NCBI RefSeq assembly: GCF_963921235.1
Contig: NC_086111.1
Coordinates: 53,320,001-53,384,000 of the forward strand
Length of the DNA stretch: 64,000 nt
From: Mobula hypostoma
Taxonomy: Eukaryota
Direction of reading: 5' to 3'
Shown here: positions 53,227 through 64,000 of the stretch, in pieces
Numbering within the stretch: position 1 is the stretch's first letter
How the letters are laid out: every line of letters starts with the position of its first letter
Notes under the pieces: model-generated
Told to the model about the DNA's origin: nothing
The model's input: the letters and a program-made list of their open reading frames with translations, nothing else
Database searches by the model: none
Translations under genes and position numbers: made by a program

Positions 53227-53325
53227 AGATTATGAAGACACGTAGTCCTCTTTTATTGTCATTTAGTAATGCATGCATTAAGAAATGATACAATATTCCC
53301 TCCGGTGTGATATCACAAAACACAA
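53227..53325 (-). mobile_element. About 100-bp LINE 3'-end insertion in L1 ORF2
   Basis: Interrupts the L1 motif ENQ|IGFVKGRRSSNNIRRL; AATTT repeated at 53222-53226 and 53326-53330; minus-strand AATAAA. Confidence 0.7.
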
Positions 53326-56300
53326 AATTTGATTCTCTTTTATGATAAAAGGTAACACAGTTTCTAATTGCAATGCTAAGGTTTTAGATAAGATTTTAAA
53401 GTCAACATTTAACAATGAAATGGGCCTGTAGGAGGCACAATCTTCAGGGCTCTTTCCTTTCTTAAGAATTAGGGAGATATTAGCTTCTCTCAATGATGGT
53501 GGGAGGAGACCACAATTAAATGCATGATTGAACATGTTTAGCATAGGCTCTGATAATAACCCTGTGAACTCTTTATAGAATTCACTAGTGAGTCCATCAG
53601 GACCAGGGGCCTTCCCACTTTGGAGCTGTCTCACAGCTTCCTGTATCTCATGTATAGATAACGGAGCATTGATGAGGGACTCTTGTTCAGAAGAAATGCT
53701 TAGGAGATCTAAATTCCTGAAAAAGGACTCCATCCTAGATTGTCCATCATTACATTGCTCGGGTTGATACAATTTAGAATAAAAATTCTTAAACACAACA
53801 TTAATCATTTTAGAATTACTAGTGAGGGCTCCTGTCCCATCCCTAATTGAAGCAATAGTCTGAGAGGCATTTTTCTTTCTAGCTAAATAAGCCAAATACC
53901 TACCTGGTTTTTTAACCATGTTCAAACAATCGATGTTTAGCAAATGTCAATTTTCTTTTGGCTGCATGTGTAAGTAAAGAGTTTAGTGTACAGCGTAGGG
54001 CTGTGATATTCTTTAACTTGGCTGCAGAAGGCTTATTAGTATAATCCTTTTCAGCTGCTGCAAGCCTTGCTTCCACTATGCGCTGCCGTTCCGCAGCTTG
54101 TCGCTTCTTACCAGCAGAGTAGGAGATAATTAATCCCCTTGCATAGGCCTTAGCACTGTCCCAGAGCATCGATGGACTACTAGCTGATTTGGAATTAATA
54201 GATAGGAAAGTTTTGAATTTGGAAGTAAAATAGTCTATAAAATATTATCTTTTGGAATAAAAGGATTCAGCCTCCAGTGTCTAGATCGTGCTGAATTATC
54301 TCTGGGCTTAATATTTAAATATACTGCTGCATGGTCAGAAATAGCGATATTTCCAATTGTGCAGGATACAACTAAATCTAGGAGCGTTTTGGGGGTTAGA
54401 AAAAAGTCTATTCTGGTGTAACACTTGTGTGGATCAGAAAAAAATGTGAAACCTTTGTCTGAGGGATATAACAAACTCCAGACATCCACAAATCCTCATT
54501 CTCCACATAAGCCCATGATTTGTTTGGACTGTGAGGAGAGCAATGGGGGACCACTAGGCACTCTGTCCATCAATGGGTCCATGAGACGATTAAAATCCCC
54601 ACCGACAATAATGTTTTGCTTTGAAAAGCTTGTAAGTTTGGAAAAAGTATCTATTAGGAACTTGAGAGGATGAGCTGGCTGGCAGTAAACATTGAGAATA
54701 CCATATTCCTCTCCGTATATTGAAGCCTTAACAATCACAAATCTCCCATACTTATCCTTAATGCAGTCTAATAACTTAAAAGGTCGGTTCTTCCTAATTA
54801 AAATAGACACCCCCCAACTCCTGGTATTAAAAGATGAAAAATAGACTTGATCAAATCCACTTTGTTGCAGTTTTAGATGTTCTTTATCATTTAAATGTGT
54901 CTCCTGCAATAAGGCTATGTCCATCCGTTCCTTTTACAGGTTTAGTAGGATTTTCTTTCTCTTGATTGGTGAATGACTCCCCTTAATCTTCCAAGTGCAC
55001 AACTTTAATATATTACTGGTCATAACCCTTTATAACAATCATTTGACTCCGGAGGAGAAGAAACCTGACTTAAGATCAGCTGAGCAGCAATAAGTGAATA
55101 AAAACAAAAAAAAAACCAAAGCGCCAACGGGAGACTTACCCCACACTTAAAGGGGATATCTGAACCTTCCAGCACCCCATATTCTGCCCCACTGCCAATA
55201 TGGCATTTAACATAGTCAAAAATGAAAACAGGACATAATTTATCAATCCACCAATTTGTTTTCATCATGTTTAAGCTCCTTCAGGCTGGAGCAGCATCGT
55301 GAATTTAAATAAATAATGAAACTATATTAATCAAAACAAATATGTTACCCATCTTATAAGCTAACTTGCCATCGAGTAACGAAAAGGTAAAATAAAGCGA
55401 CCATCGAGCATGTTATCGTCCATAACCAGGGCTACACAATATATATATTTTTTAGCCCAACGTGTCCACAAAAGTTTTAGCTTTGTCAGGAGAATCAAAT
55501 GTCCCGTTGTAAGTGATTTTCAGCGCCACTGGGTACAGCATAAAGTACTGGATTCCAGATTCTCTCAGCCGCTTCTTCACCTGGTCGAATTCCTTGTGCT
55601 TCCAAATAACGGCTGCCAAAAAATCTTGAAAAAACGTAAGCCTGGATCCCTCATATATTAAAGCCTGGGCATCAGTCCCGCGACGTCTCGAAGCCTCCAT
55701 CACTCTTTGCTTATAAGCGAAATTATGGAACCGCATGAGGACAGGTCAAGGGCGTTGGTCTGGGCCCGGTTTTGGAGCCAGTGTACGATGAGGTCTTTCC
55801 ACTTTAATGCGTCTGGCCTTGGTTTCCAAATCAAGGAAATTGGGCAGCCAGCCCTCAAAAAGCTTCGCTGACTGGCTGCCTTCTGTTCCTTCACCATACG
55901 ATGATCCGGATGTTCTTTCTCCTACCTCTATTCTCAAGATCATCGATATGGTCAGACAGACTTTGAACTTGCTTTTCCAGCGCCCGGATGTGGCTTTGGG
56001 CCTGATCAGCTACAGTCTCTACCGCAGAGACTCGTCCCTCGGCCTTGGTTGTTCTTGTATCAAAGTTTTGAAACTCCACTGTGTGGTTCTGCAGTGTCAG
56101 AGAGAGTGGACCCAGCTTCCCTTGATGATATCCATCATTTTGGATATGTTCTCCGTAACTTCATGAATTACTTGACGAAAAGCAGGGTCCAACATGTTAG
56201 CATAGCTAGCAGCAGCTAGCTCCTCAGCCCCGGGCGAGTGCTCTGTGCAGTCCATCCTGGTCGCCTTTTTAGTGCCTTTCGATGCCATAATGTTGAAGCT

Positions 56301-56436
56301 GCTCAAAAAAATACTCATCAATGTTCATGTTATTAAATCGGACACGGACATTTTTAAAAAAGTTGAAATGGTTAGTTTTATATGCAAAATTATCAGTGTT
56401 GCAGTGCTGAGCTCAGCAATGCAGACTTTTTACTGT

Positions 56437-56448
56437 GCCGCCATCTTG
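56437..56448 (-). promoter_or_regulatory. YY1-type site at the L1 5' end (internal promoter)
   Basis: CAAGATGGCGGC about 10 nt inside the 5' TSD boundary, as in L1 5' UTRs. Confidence 0.7.
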
Positions 56449-56754
56449 AAAAACCTCCAAAATGTTCTGTCTTTAATGTTCCGCTATTCCTTCTTTTGCT
56501 TATTGTGTTTTGTGGTGACATGATCAGGATTAATGATTTGTGTGACAATGCATTGCTATTCCCTTGGATTGAATAATGTTACCTCCTCCCTAGGATTATG
56601 TAAATAAAACAGTGTGTAATTACATTGTAGTGTCATGGACAAAACACAGATAATTCAGATTATTTACTTACGAATCCTTGCTTTATGTTGCAATCAGTGG
56701 ACAATTCTCTGACTTGATCTGTATTCTGGTTAATGTTTAAATTTCTTCCTGTAG

Positions 56755-56799
56755 ACAGCTTTTTTCAATAAATAATACTATCCAGGAGTCTGATGAACT
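56755..56799 (+). CDS. Candidate 45-nt ERC2 cassette exon ((R)QLFSINNTIQESDE(L)), phase 2-2
   Basis: atttcttcctgtag| acceptor, CTGAC branch-like motif at 56709-56713, about 55-nt AG-free zone, donor |gtaagc; open in the required frame; no recalled homologue. Confidence 0.35.
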
Positions 56800-57469
56800 G
56801 TAAGCAAAGTCAAGCTATACTGAAAGAAAACGGAAGAACTGAACCATGTTTCAGTTGGTTATTGTTTCCTTGCCATTGCAAACAATATTTATCTCACTGG
56901 AATATGCAACATGCTCTGGTTAAGTATTTTGTTTGAAAAACGTATCATTAGTAATGTAAATAAATTTTGTGTTGAAAGATTGCGCAGAAATTTGTATTCC
57001 AGTTGGTACCCCTGCTAGCAGTTTAAAACAAAATCCATTTGCAGCCTGGTCACAAAATAAAAAATGTTGCTGCTTGGGTGTGATAAAGAAACAAGCATTA
57101 TTTATTATCTTTAGAATTGGAATAACATATAGGTAGAGAAGAACTAATTAGCTCTGTCGATGTGTGTAAAATCCTTTCTGCATTGTTTATCTAAAAATGC
57201 ATACTGTCTCCAAAACCAATTGGCCATCAAACTCTGTGCAAGTTCCAGAGAGAGGCCACAAATGACCAATCATCAAATGTTATAGTTTGTAACAGGCCAT
57301 CTAACTTTAAGATCTGATTCCCGTGCTACCAGATGTATTGTTGGTGTTCATTTGCCAGAGGTTGCAAATTGTTTCCCAGTACATCTGACTGGTAGAACAA
57401 GGATGTGATTTAGAATCTATTGTTTTCCAAATATTGGAAAGCAAGTCTGAAGTAGGACCAAGAGAACAG

Positions 57470-58200
57470 AGAAGGTAGAACAATGAAGCACAGGATCAGG
57501 TCCTTTGGCTCATAATGTTTCTGCCCTCTATGATGCTGAATTGAACTAATCCCATTCTGCCTATGCATGGTCTATATTCCACCATTCCCTATCTGTTCAT
57601 GTGCCTGTCTCTTAAATGCTGCTATTGTATTTGTTTCCACCACTATCCTGGCAGCACTTTCTAGACACTTGCTCACCTACATCATTTAACTACCCTCCTT
57701 CTCACCTTAAACCAATGCTCTTTAGTATTTGACATTTCCATCTGGGGGGTGGTGGGGTGGGGGAGTGGGGAGGAGATTCTGACTATCTAGCCTGTTTGTG
57801 CCTCTCATTTTATATTCTTCCAACAGGTTTCTCCTCAGCCTCTAATACTCCAGAGAAAAGAATTCAAGTTTATCCAACCTCTCCTTATTTCTAATACTAC
57901 ACTGCAGGCAATATCCTGGTGAAACTCCTGTGCACCCTCTCCAAAGTGTCTACATCTTTCCCTAATTCAGTGTCCAGAGCTGCAGACAATAGTCTAAATA
58001 TGGCCTAACTGATGTTTTACGTAGCTACAACATGGCTTTCCTAGTTTTGTTCACAAAGCCCTAAATGATGAATGCAAGCATGCTGCTATATGCCTTCTTT
58101 GCACACTGTCCACTTGTGTTGTCACTTTTGGAGAGTATGGACTTGTGAAAGAATGTGCATAAATACCAGCATTACTTTAACTCTCCTTAAGGGCTGGTCC
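57470..58200 (-). mobile_element. CR1 3' fragment, decayed
   Basis: ggcaatatcctggtgaaactcctgtgcaccctctcc..tccagagctgcagacaatagtctaaatatggcc motifs shared with other CR1 copies. Confidence 0.75.
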
Positions 58201-60257
58201 ATAGTCTGAACTTGTAACCCTAGATGGGGCCCATTCCAACAATCATACACTGTTATGGCTGGAATGATTAACCCGCATAAAGCACTGTGTTGGTAGTCTG
58301 GAGGCAGGGGCACTGGAGGCCTGGGAGGTCCCTCTTCAGTTAGGTTTTGTTCAATAGAGTCTGGAGAAACATCAAACGGGATCTCAGAAATGTCTGTACC
58401 TCTTCCTTCATCTTCCCCCCCACCCCCCAACCCTGCCAAGAAAGCAAGCATTTACACAAACTCTTAGGTTTTCAAACTTTACAATGTCATGATAAGAGCA
58501 GTTTGGAAGAAACCTGTATCCTTAACACTGTTTACAATTTTTACTGCCTAACCTCAGCATGCATAGATATATTGTAGATGAACTGACTTGTGTTAAGGAC
58601 ACCCATGCTGCAATTCCAGATAGTTTAGACTAGATGAAAATTTGAAAGGAATCTCCAATGCTCATTGAAGTGGACTAACCAAATCCCTTTGCATAAAATT
58701 GCTGTGGTCTCACTGGCCAGAAGCATCCTGAAGTCAGTGATGAAGCACGGAAATCTTTAACAGTTGGCCAGACACATTCAGCAAGATTCAAAAAACAGTG
58801 AAAATTCAAGTATCTAATTTTCAACTGATAATTTAAAAATATGAATTTAATTTAAATAATCTTAAAATAATATTACAAGAAAATACCAAAGCATGTACGA
58901 ATTTTTCAGCTTTCCTTCCCAATTCACACCCCTACAATCCCCAATGAAATGAAGGTATCATAGAGCCTGGATTTAGCAGGTGCAGGCTTGAAGTGGCAAT
59001 TTTTCCCTTATGGCAGCAGCAATTGCTAGCTCCTGGAGATTGTGTTTTACACTTATAAACTCAAGATAAATTCTTAATAAGTTTAGAGCGTTGAAAGAAG
59101 AGAAAAGACTTGAAGTGCTTCACATTTAAAAATGCTTCATTTTCTGGAGATTTGTTTAGCAAAACAATATCTACTGTATGTAGGTGAATGATTGCAGTTT
59201 GACCATTCCTTAGAATTAGTACAATGTGTGTTCTTATAAAAATCCCAAAAAGGAATCAGAGTAATGGAATGGGTTAATTCACACTAACATCCATTTCTGA
59301 TAGCTCCTCTTATTGGCCCATTACAGTTCTAAAATTTGCAGGTTTGCACCAATTCAGAGAGTAAGTCTGCTTTAATAAAGACTAATTAGTTATCTCACTT
59401 TCATATCCCTAGCCAATATCAAGCTGAACAATTATTGATCTATCTTGCTAGCAGTCATACTGAACAACACAAACAATACTACAATTAAGGGAAGCTTCAT
59501 GAGCGATAACTGGAATTAAAAACTGCATGTTGTTGCACTGTGAGGTGTCCACTGAGAATTGTAGTTTCATGTTACTTTTAAGCAAGTTTTGGCTGTATTT
59601 TCCAATTACTGTCATTTAGTTTGCATTCCCAGGAGGATTTATGTTTAGAGGTCAGGAACTTTCTGTGACCTCACAGACTGTTGTGGAGATCAGGGAATAT
59701 CTCTTTTCTGTGTGCGTATTTTTATAGGTTTCATTAAGAATTTCAGGAAATACAAAAAAAGGATTATGTATTATTCTGATATTACTTAGTGCAATTAGTT
59801 ATGGTACTAAGTAATTGAGAAAGCTGTATTTGGACTAAATAACTTATGGTGTCCAAGTGTTTTCAGTCTAGAGACTTAATGCATGAGAACTGATCCTTTG
59901 ATACAATTCTACATGATTTAAAAATGTATTTCACCATCATAATGAAGTTCTTCATGCATTTATGATCATATTGCTGTAGAAATTATTGAGTGGAATTAAG
60001 GTAAGAGTAAAAGGGTAATGAATGCACCAACCATGTGAATGTCCTGAAGATTTTTGTACTGCTGTTAGTATATAGCAGATATGTGAGCAGATTTGAAACC
60101 TACCTCGGATGTCCATGAGAGTTTCTTGGAAAACTTGTTATTTCCAAATATTAAAATTCCTGTGTAGAGCCAGCTTGTTATAAAATTATGTTTTGAAATA
60201 ATCTTGTTCCCTCTGAATGAAATTGCACGCTGAAGTAAATATGTCAAATCCTGCTTT

Positions 60258-60530
60258 ATTTATTGAGATACAGTGCAGAATAGGCCCTTCTGACCCTTCA
60301 AGCCGTGCCGCCCAGCAAACCCCTTATTTAATGCTAGCCTAATCCCAGGACAATTTACAATGACCAGTTAATCTACCAACTGGTACATGTTTGGACTGTG
60401 GGAGGAAATCAGAGCAGCCAGAGGAAACCTCTGCAATCACAGAGAGAGCCAAGTCCTTACAGGCAGTGACGGGAATGAACCTGGGTCGCAGGTACTGTGA
60501 AGCATTGTGCTAACCCTTACGCTACAGTGT
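60258..60530 (-). mobile_element. V-SINE-like element
   Basis: tttggactgtgggaggaaatcagagcagccagaggaaacc..gggaatgaacctggg..gtgctaacccttacgctac. Confidence 0.8.
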
Positions 60531-60884
60531 CATTTTGTAATAAGATTGTAAGAGATAATGTTTACAGCTATAATGTAGCAGTGAAAAGAGAGCATATTTA
60601 TTTCACTTATTGAACGAATTTGTAATGTACACTTCAATACTTGCTTAAAAAGGCAATATTCAACTATTAATTGCTTAAAAATGACTATTTTAAAAGTAGG
60701 TTTTAAAGTTGCATTGATTTTAACATTGTACCTTGTTATTCATGTATTGTATCTATTTGGAAAGCTGAAACATTTAAATTTGTACTTCTCCTTCATCTAA
60801 GAAGCCTGTTTTCAGATTCTTTTGGTTAAGAAACTGTTTTCCTTGATACTGCTATTGTGCTTGAGCTAGCCAACAATCTCTATC

Positions 60885-61222
60885 ATCATCATTTTGTGGC
60901 ATGTTGTATGATGTGGGTGATCAAAGTCTATGACCATGATTGTTCTTGGCAGTTTTTTCTACAGAAGTGGTTTGCCATTGCCTTCTGGGCAGTGTCTTTA
61001 TAAGATGGGTGACCCCAGCCATTATCACATAACCAGGGCTTGTGAAAGGCACCAGCTGCTCATACAGCCATCCACCACCTGGTCCTATGGCTTCATGTGA
61101 CTTTGATCGGGGGGGGGGCTAAGCAGGTGCTACACCTTGCCCAAGGGTGACCTGCAGGCTAGCAGAGGGAAGGAATGTCTTACACTTCCTTTGGTAGAGA
61201 CGTATCTCCACCCCACCACCCA
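60885..61222. mobile_element. SINE-like element with an RTE/BovB-type motif
   Basis: cagaagtggtttgccattgccttct motif within a GC-richer block of about 330 bp. Confidence 0.5.
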
Positions 61223-63088
61223 TACCAATCGCTAACAGAAAATTCTGGAAATATGTGTGGGGAGGGAATTGATTCTGATAGAATGAAACCAAGTTGACCA
61301 TGGTTATTTGTCATTGAGTTAGCGGGAACTGTTAAAAAGAGAACATAAGCAATTAGAGGTAGGTGCTCTCAAATGCACTGCAGGAAGGTATGCTGCTGGT
61401 TAGGCTAGTCATATCCTCCAATTCCGGAAGAAAAAGGGAAAACAAAAAAAAATCTAAAAGATGAATGATTGATGTAGAGATATAAAGTTCCCTGAAGTCG
61501 TATCGAAGTTTGGACTCCATATTGAATTAGTATTCTGGATCACAATGTTGTATTAGTATATTTTGCATTTGCATTTTAATTGTCTCCTTTTATAATTATA
61601 CTATATGCTGTCAAATCCAGCAGAATGTTATGCATTTTTCTTTATGAAATAATCTATTTTTTTTTACAGATTGACAGCATTGTTAGTTATAGTTGTCTTA
61701 AGTAATGTTTTGTCACTCTTCAAATATTTGGTCCAGTTCTCTTTATACCATTGGTGTTATTAGGTGCCATGTCTTCTTCAGTACCTTTCTTTAATGAACT
61801 CTTTAAAAATACTCAGTGCTTTCCTAGATCTTGGGGGGAAATTGGCCTCTTGATGTAAAAGCAATATGTTCTAACTTGGCCATATCTAATATAAAAAAAA
61901 CTGACCCAATCTTTCGTTTCCTTTTGGTATTGTACTTTTCCAATGCTGTAGGATTTAATTTCTTGCCAGTGTCAACATTAAACACAGTACTCTGCCATTT
62001 TTAAACATTCCCTATTTCTTGTCTCTGTCAATGATCATAGTCTGGGGAGCCTAAGAATTTTATGTCAAAATAAAATTTCTGGAGTGATCACATTCTGCAG
62101 TGAGTCATGATTAGGCACTTAAGGATTCTTCTGTAACCCAAAGTTAGCTTTCCTCTCTTTTCCCTTTCCACCATTTAGAAATACTTGTATACTTTTTTCC
62201 CTCTGGATGTAATCGGTGTCTATAAAACCAGTATTATTTTTATATTTATCTAGCTTAAACAGAAGTAATGAAATATGCTTGGAGCATAGAGCTATGGCAC
62301 AAGTGGTTCATAATTAGCAGACATTCTTAAATATTTGCACTTTGACTAATAGCAGAATTTGTTGAAGCATGGCAAAAGGTGGCCAGTCGGCTTGCTTCAT
62401 GGGAAAATATGTGGAAAATATTGCATAGATAATAAAATAATTGTTGCTGGGCATGGAATGGTGTGAGAGATGTTTGGAGTAGAGACTTTAGTTTGGTAGA
62501 TTGTAGTCAAAGTGTCCCTTTAAATTATTTATCTTTGAGTTTCAAACTTCAAGATAATAAGGCATTCATTTCTTTATTCCATACAACATGGTTTGTTGTT
62601 TTCCTTTTTCACAATAGAGGGTAATGATTGTCAGGTAAGGTAATCTCCTTATTACTTAACACACTTCAAAGTTTTGTATCAATTAGGCATTTATCCAGGG
62701 TATTCCCCAATACTCAATCGGTTTACTTAAATAAGGCCAATCAATGCTGAATCTCCTTTTCTCAATTCAGACTTTTCCAAGTATCTATTCCTTCTTATTC
62801 CCATGCTCTAAATTCCCTCACAACAGAGATCAAGCTGGTAGTTGCCTCACATGTCCTCACATCCCTTTTTGAACAAGGCCATCACATTTGTCATTTTCCA
62901 ATCCTCTGGCACTTCTGTATATTTAGCAGAAATTGGAAGGTTATTGCAATAAACCTGCCTCAAAGAGACATAAACTTAAAACATGACTATGAAATTCATG
63001 CCATGACTCAATGCTGAGAAGACAATTTTTGTGGATTTTTCAATCCAAGGACATCTTGGTACATGAGGTTAAATAGCTCTCTGGTAGG

Positions 63089-63210
63089 TCTGATCATTTC
63101 ATACAGTCAACCTGGTTCTTTCTGGTAGTGGCATCAATAAACCCTTCACAATAAAGGTTTATTGATATCACTACCAGAAAGAACCAGGGTGACTGTCTGA
63201 AATGACCAGA
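63089..63210. repeat. 58-bp inverted repeat with 6-nt loop
   Basis: Arms 63089-63146 and 63153-63210, 52/58 complementary. Confidence 0.95.
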
Positions 63211-63249
63211 ATATGATAGACTTCAGGGAAGTCCAGATACATTGCAAAT

Positions 63250-63845
63250 TTAGTTGGCTGGGATATGCGAGGTTTTCAGTGAGGTGTTGTCTATAAGAAG
63301 CTATTGCTCTTGCATTCTTAGGAATTTCAACCCTTCTCGGGGATACCATAATCATACCAACTTCAAGAAAGGATACAAATCTGACTGTGGAAAGTACAAA
63401 GTGGTCCCCTGGCAGTTTTGCACTAGAAAGCATAGCTTCAAGATCGTTCAAACATATTTTTTCAATTTTTTACACTGAAGTCTCATAATTTTCCCACTGA
63501 AGTTAAATGAGTGCACTGGATTAGAGAGAAACTCTTCAGCCATTGTTGCCTGCACATCAGAACCAAGGTTATCCCAACCTCAGTAACTGAGCTTTTGTCT
63601 GCAAATGATATTTACCTGTGGACATGTTCAGAGACAAAGTCTGATTCCTCTGATCCATGCATTGGTTCATGGGAGATAAGATGTAACGTTTCCTCAATGG
63701 CATATGAATCCCTATCCCAAGATCACTCAAAATGGAGAAGAAACATTTTGACAATGAAACCACTGTTCTATGCATCAGGAACATGCAGAAGCCCAAAGCA
63801 TATTTCAAAAGGCAGTAGTACTGTACCAGCTCCCAACGACCAAAT
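63250..63845 (+). mobile_element. Decayed RTE-type LINE 3' region
   Basis: MAYESLSQDHSKWRRNI resembles the RTE C-terminal WE.LA.DR..WR motif; similar to 16300-16660. Confidence 0.5.
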
Positions 63846-63853
63846 TCAAAGAA

Positions 63854-64000
63854 CCCGCCGATAAGGGGGGTGCTGTTGTAGTCTGGCGTACTGACGTTTA
63901 CCTTGCTGAGGCACAGCGACAACTCGGGGATACATCCTCTTATTTACCCCTCGATCGTGACCCCACTAAGGACCACCAGACCCATCACCGACTTTATCCG
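63854..64000 (+). mobile_element. Penelope-like RT N-terminal fragment, runs off the window
   Basis: PADKGGAVVVWRTDVYLAEAQRQLGDTSSYLPLDRDPT, containing the PLE DKG motif; CpG-rich (young). Confidence 0.88.

Larger units (their letters stand above)
50611..56457 (-). mobile_element. Full-length but decayed L1-clade LINE (5' UTR, ORF1, ORF2 EN-RT-CCHC, 3' tail)
   Basis: ORF1 remnants DDLENRGRRKNIRI, ERPHRTL, MRFHN..KQRV; ORF2 IALLQETHL, IVGGDFN, RIDFFL, ISDH, GKAPGPDG, SYRPISLLNVDFKIL, GSRQGCPLSPLLF, LYADE, CSKC..HCFWTC; 17-bp TSD CAAAACGTTCTATCTTT (50594-50610) / CAAAATGTTCTGTCTTT (56458-56474). Confidence 0.95.

Noticed and set aside
61660-61770. Acceptor-like ttttttttacag as a further ERC2 exon
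   Set aside because: The following frame is hydrophobic, low-information and not ERC-like, with no convincing donor.
44847-64000. Next constitutive ERC2 exon (HMKDQNKKVANLK-like)
   Set aside because: Not found; presumably downstream of the window. The exon upstream of 16095 was also not found.
1-64000. CRISPR arrays, operons or prokaryotic defence systems
   Set aside because: Vertebrate intron-rich DNA; no regularly spaced repeat-spacer arrays or bacterial genes. The remaining short ORFs are TE debris or chance.

Overview
Eukaryotic (vertebrate) genomic DNA. The repeat landscape (CR1, Rex-Babar, L1, RTE, Penelope-like elements, V-SINEs, hAT/Buster) suggests a cartilaginous fish, plausibly a ray; this is inferred, not searched. 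The whole window appears to lie inside the + strand gene for the presynaptic active-zone scaffold ERC2 (CAST1/ELKS2). Three constitutive coiled-coil exons are clear (16095-16235, 18480-18620, 26525-26718). There are also two frame-preserving microexons that the ORF track misses: 36 nt at 24498-24533 and 12 nt at 44835-44846. A further 45-nt cassette exon candidate lies at 56755-56799. The rest is intron packed with mostly decayed, often nested transposable elements: a full-length antisense L1 with TSD and YY1 site, a young sense L1 3' fragment, two hAT elements, a solo LTR, and several Penelope-derived pieces carrying minimal hammerhead-ribozyme motifs. Two unexplained near-perfect hairpins also occur. 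Most ORF-track entries are TE remnants or chance ORFs. I found no convincing wholly new biological system. The best leads are the microexon/cassette-exon set, the hammerhead-bearing Penelope derivatives and the hairpins. Coordinates of decayed TEs are approximate.
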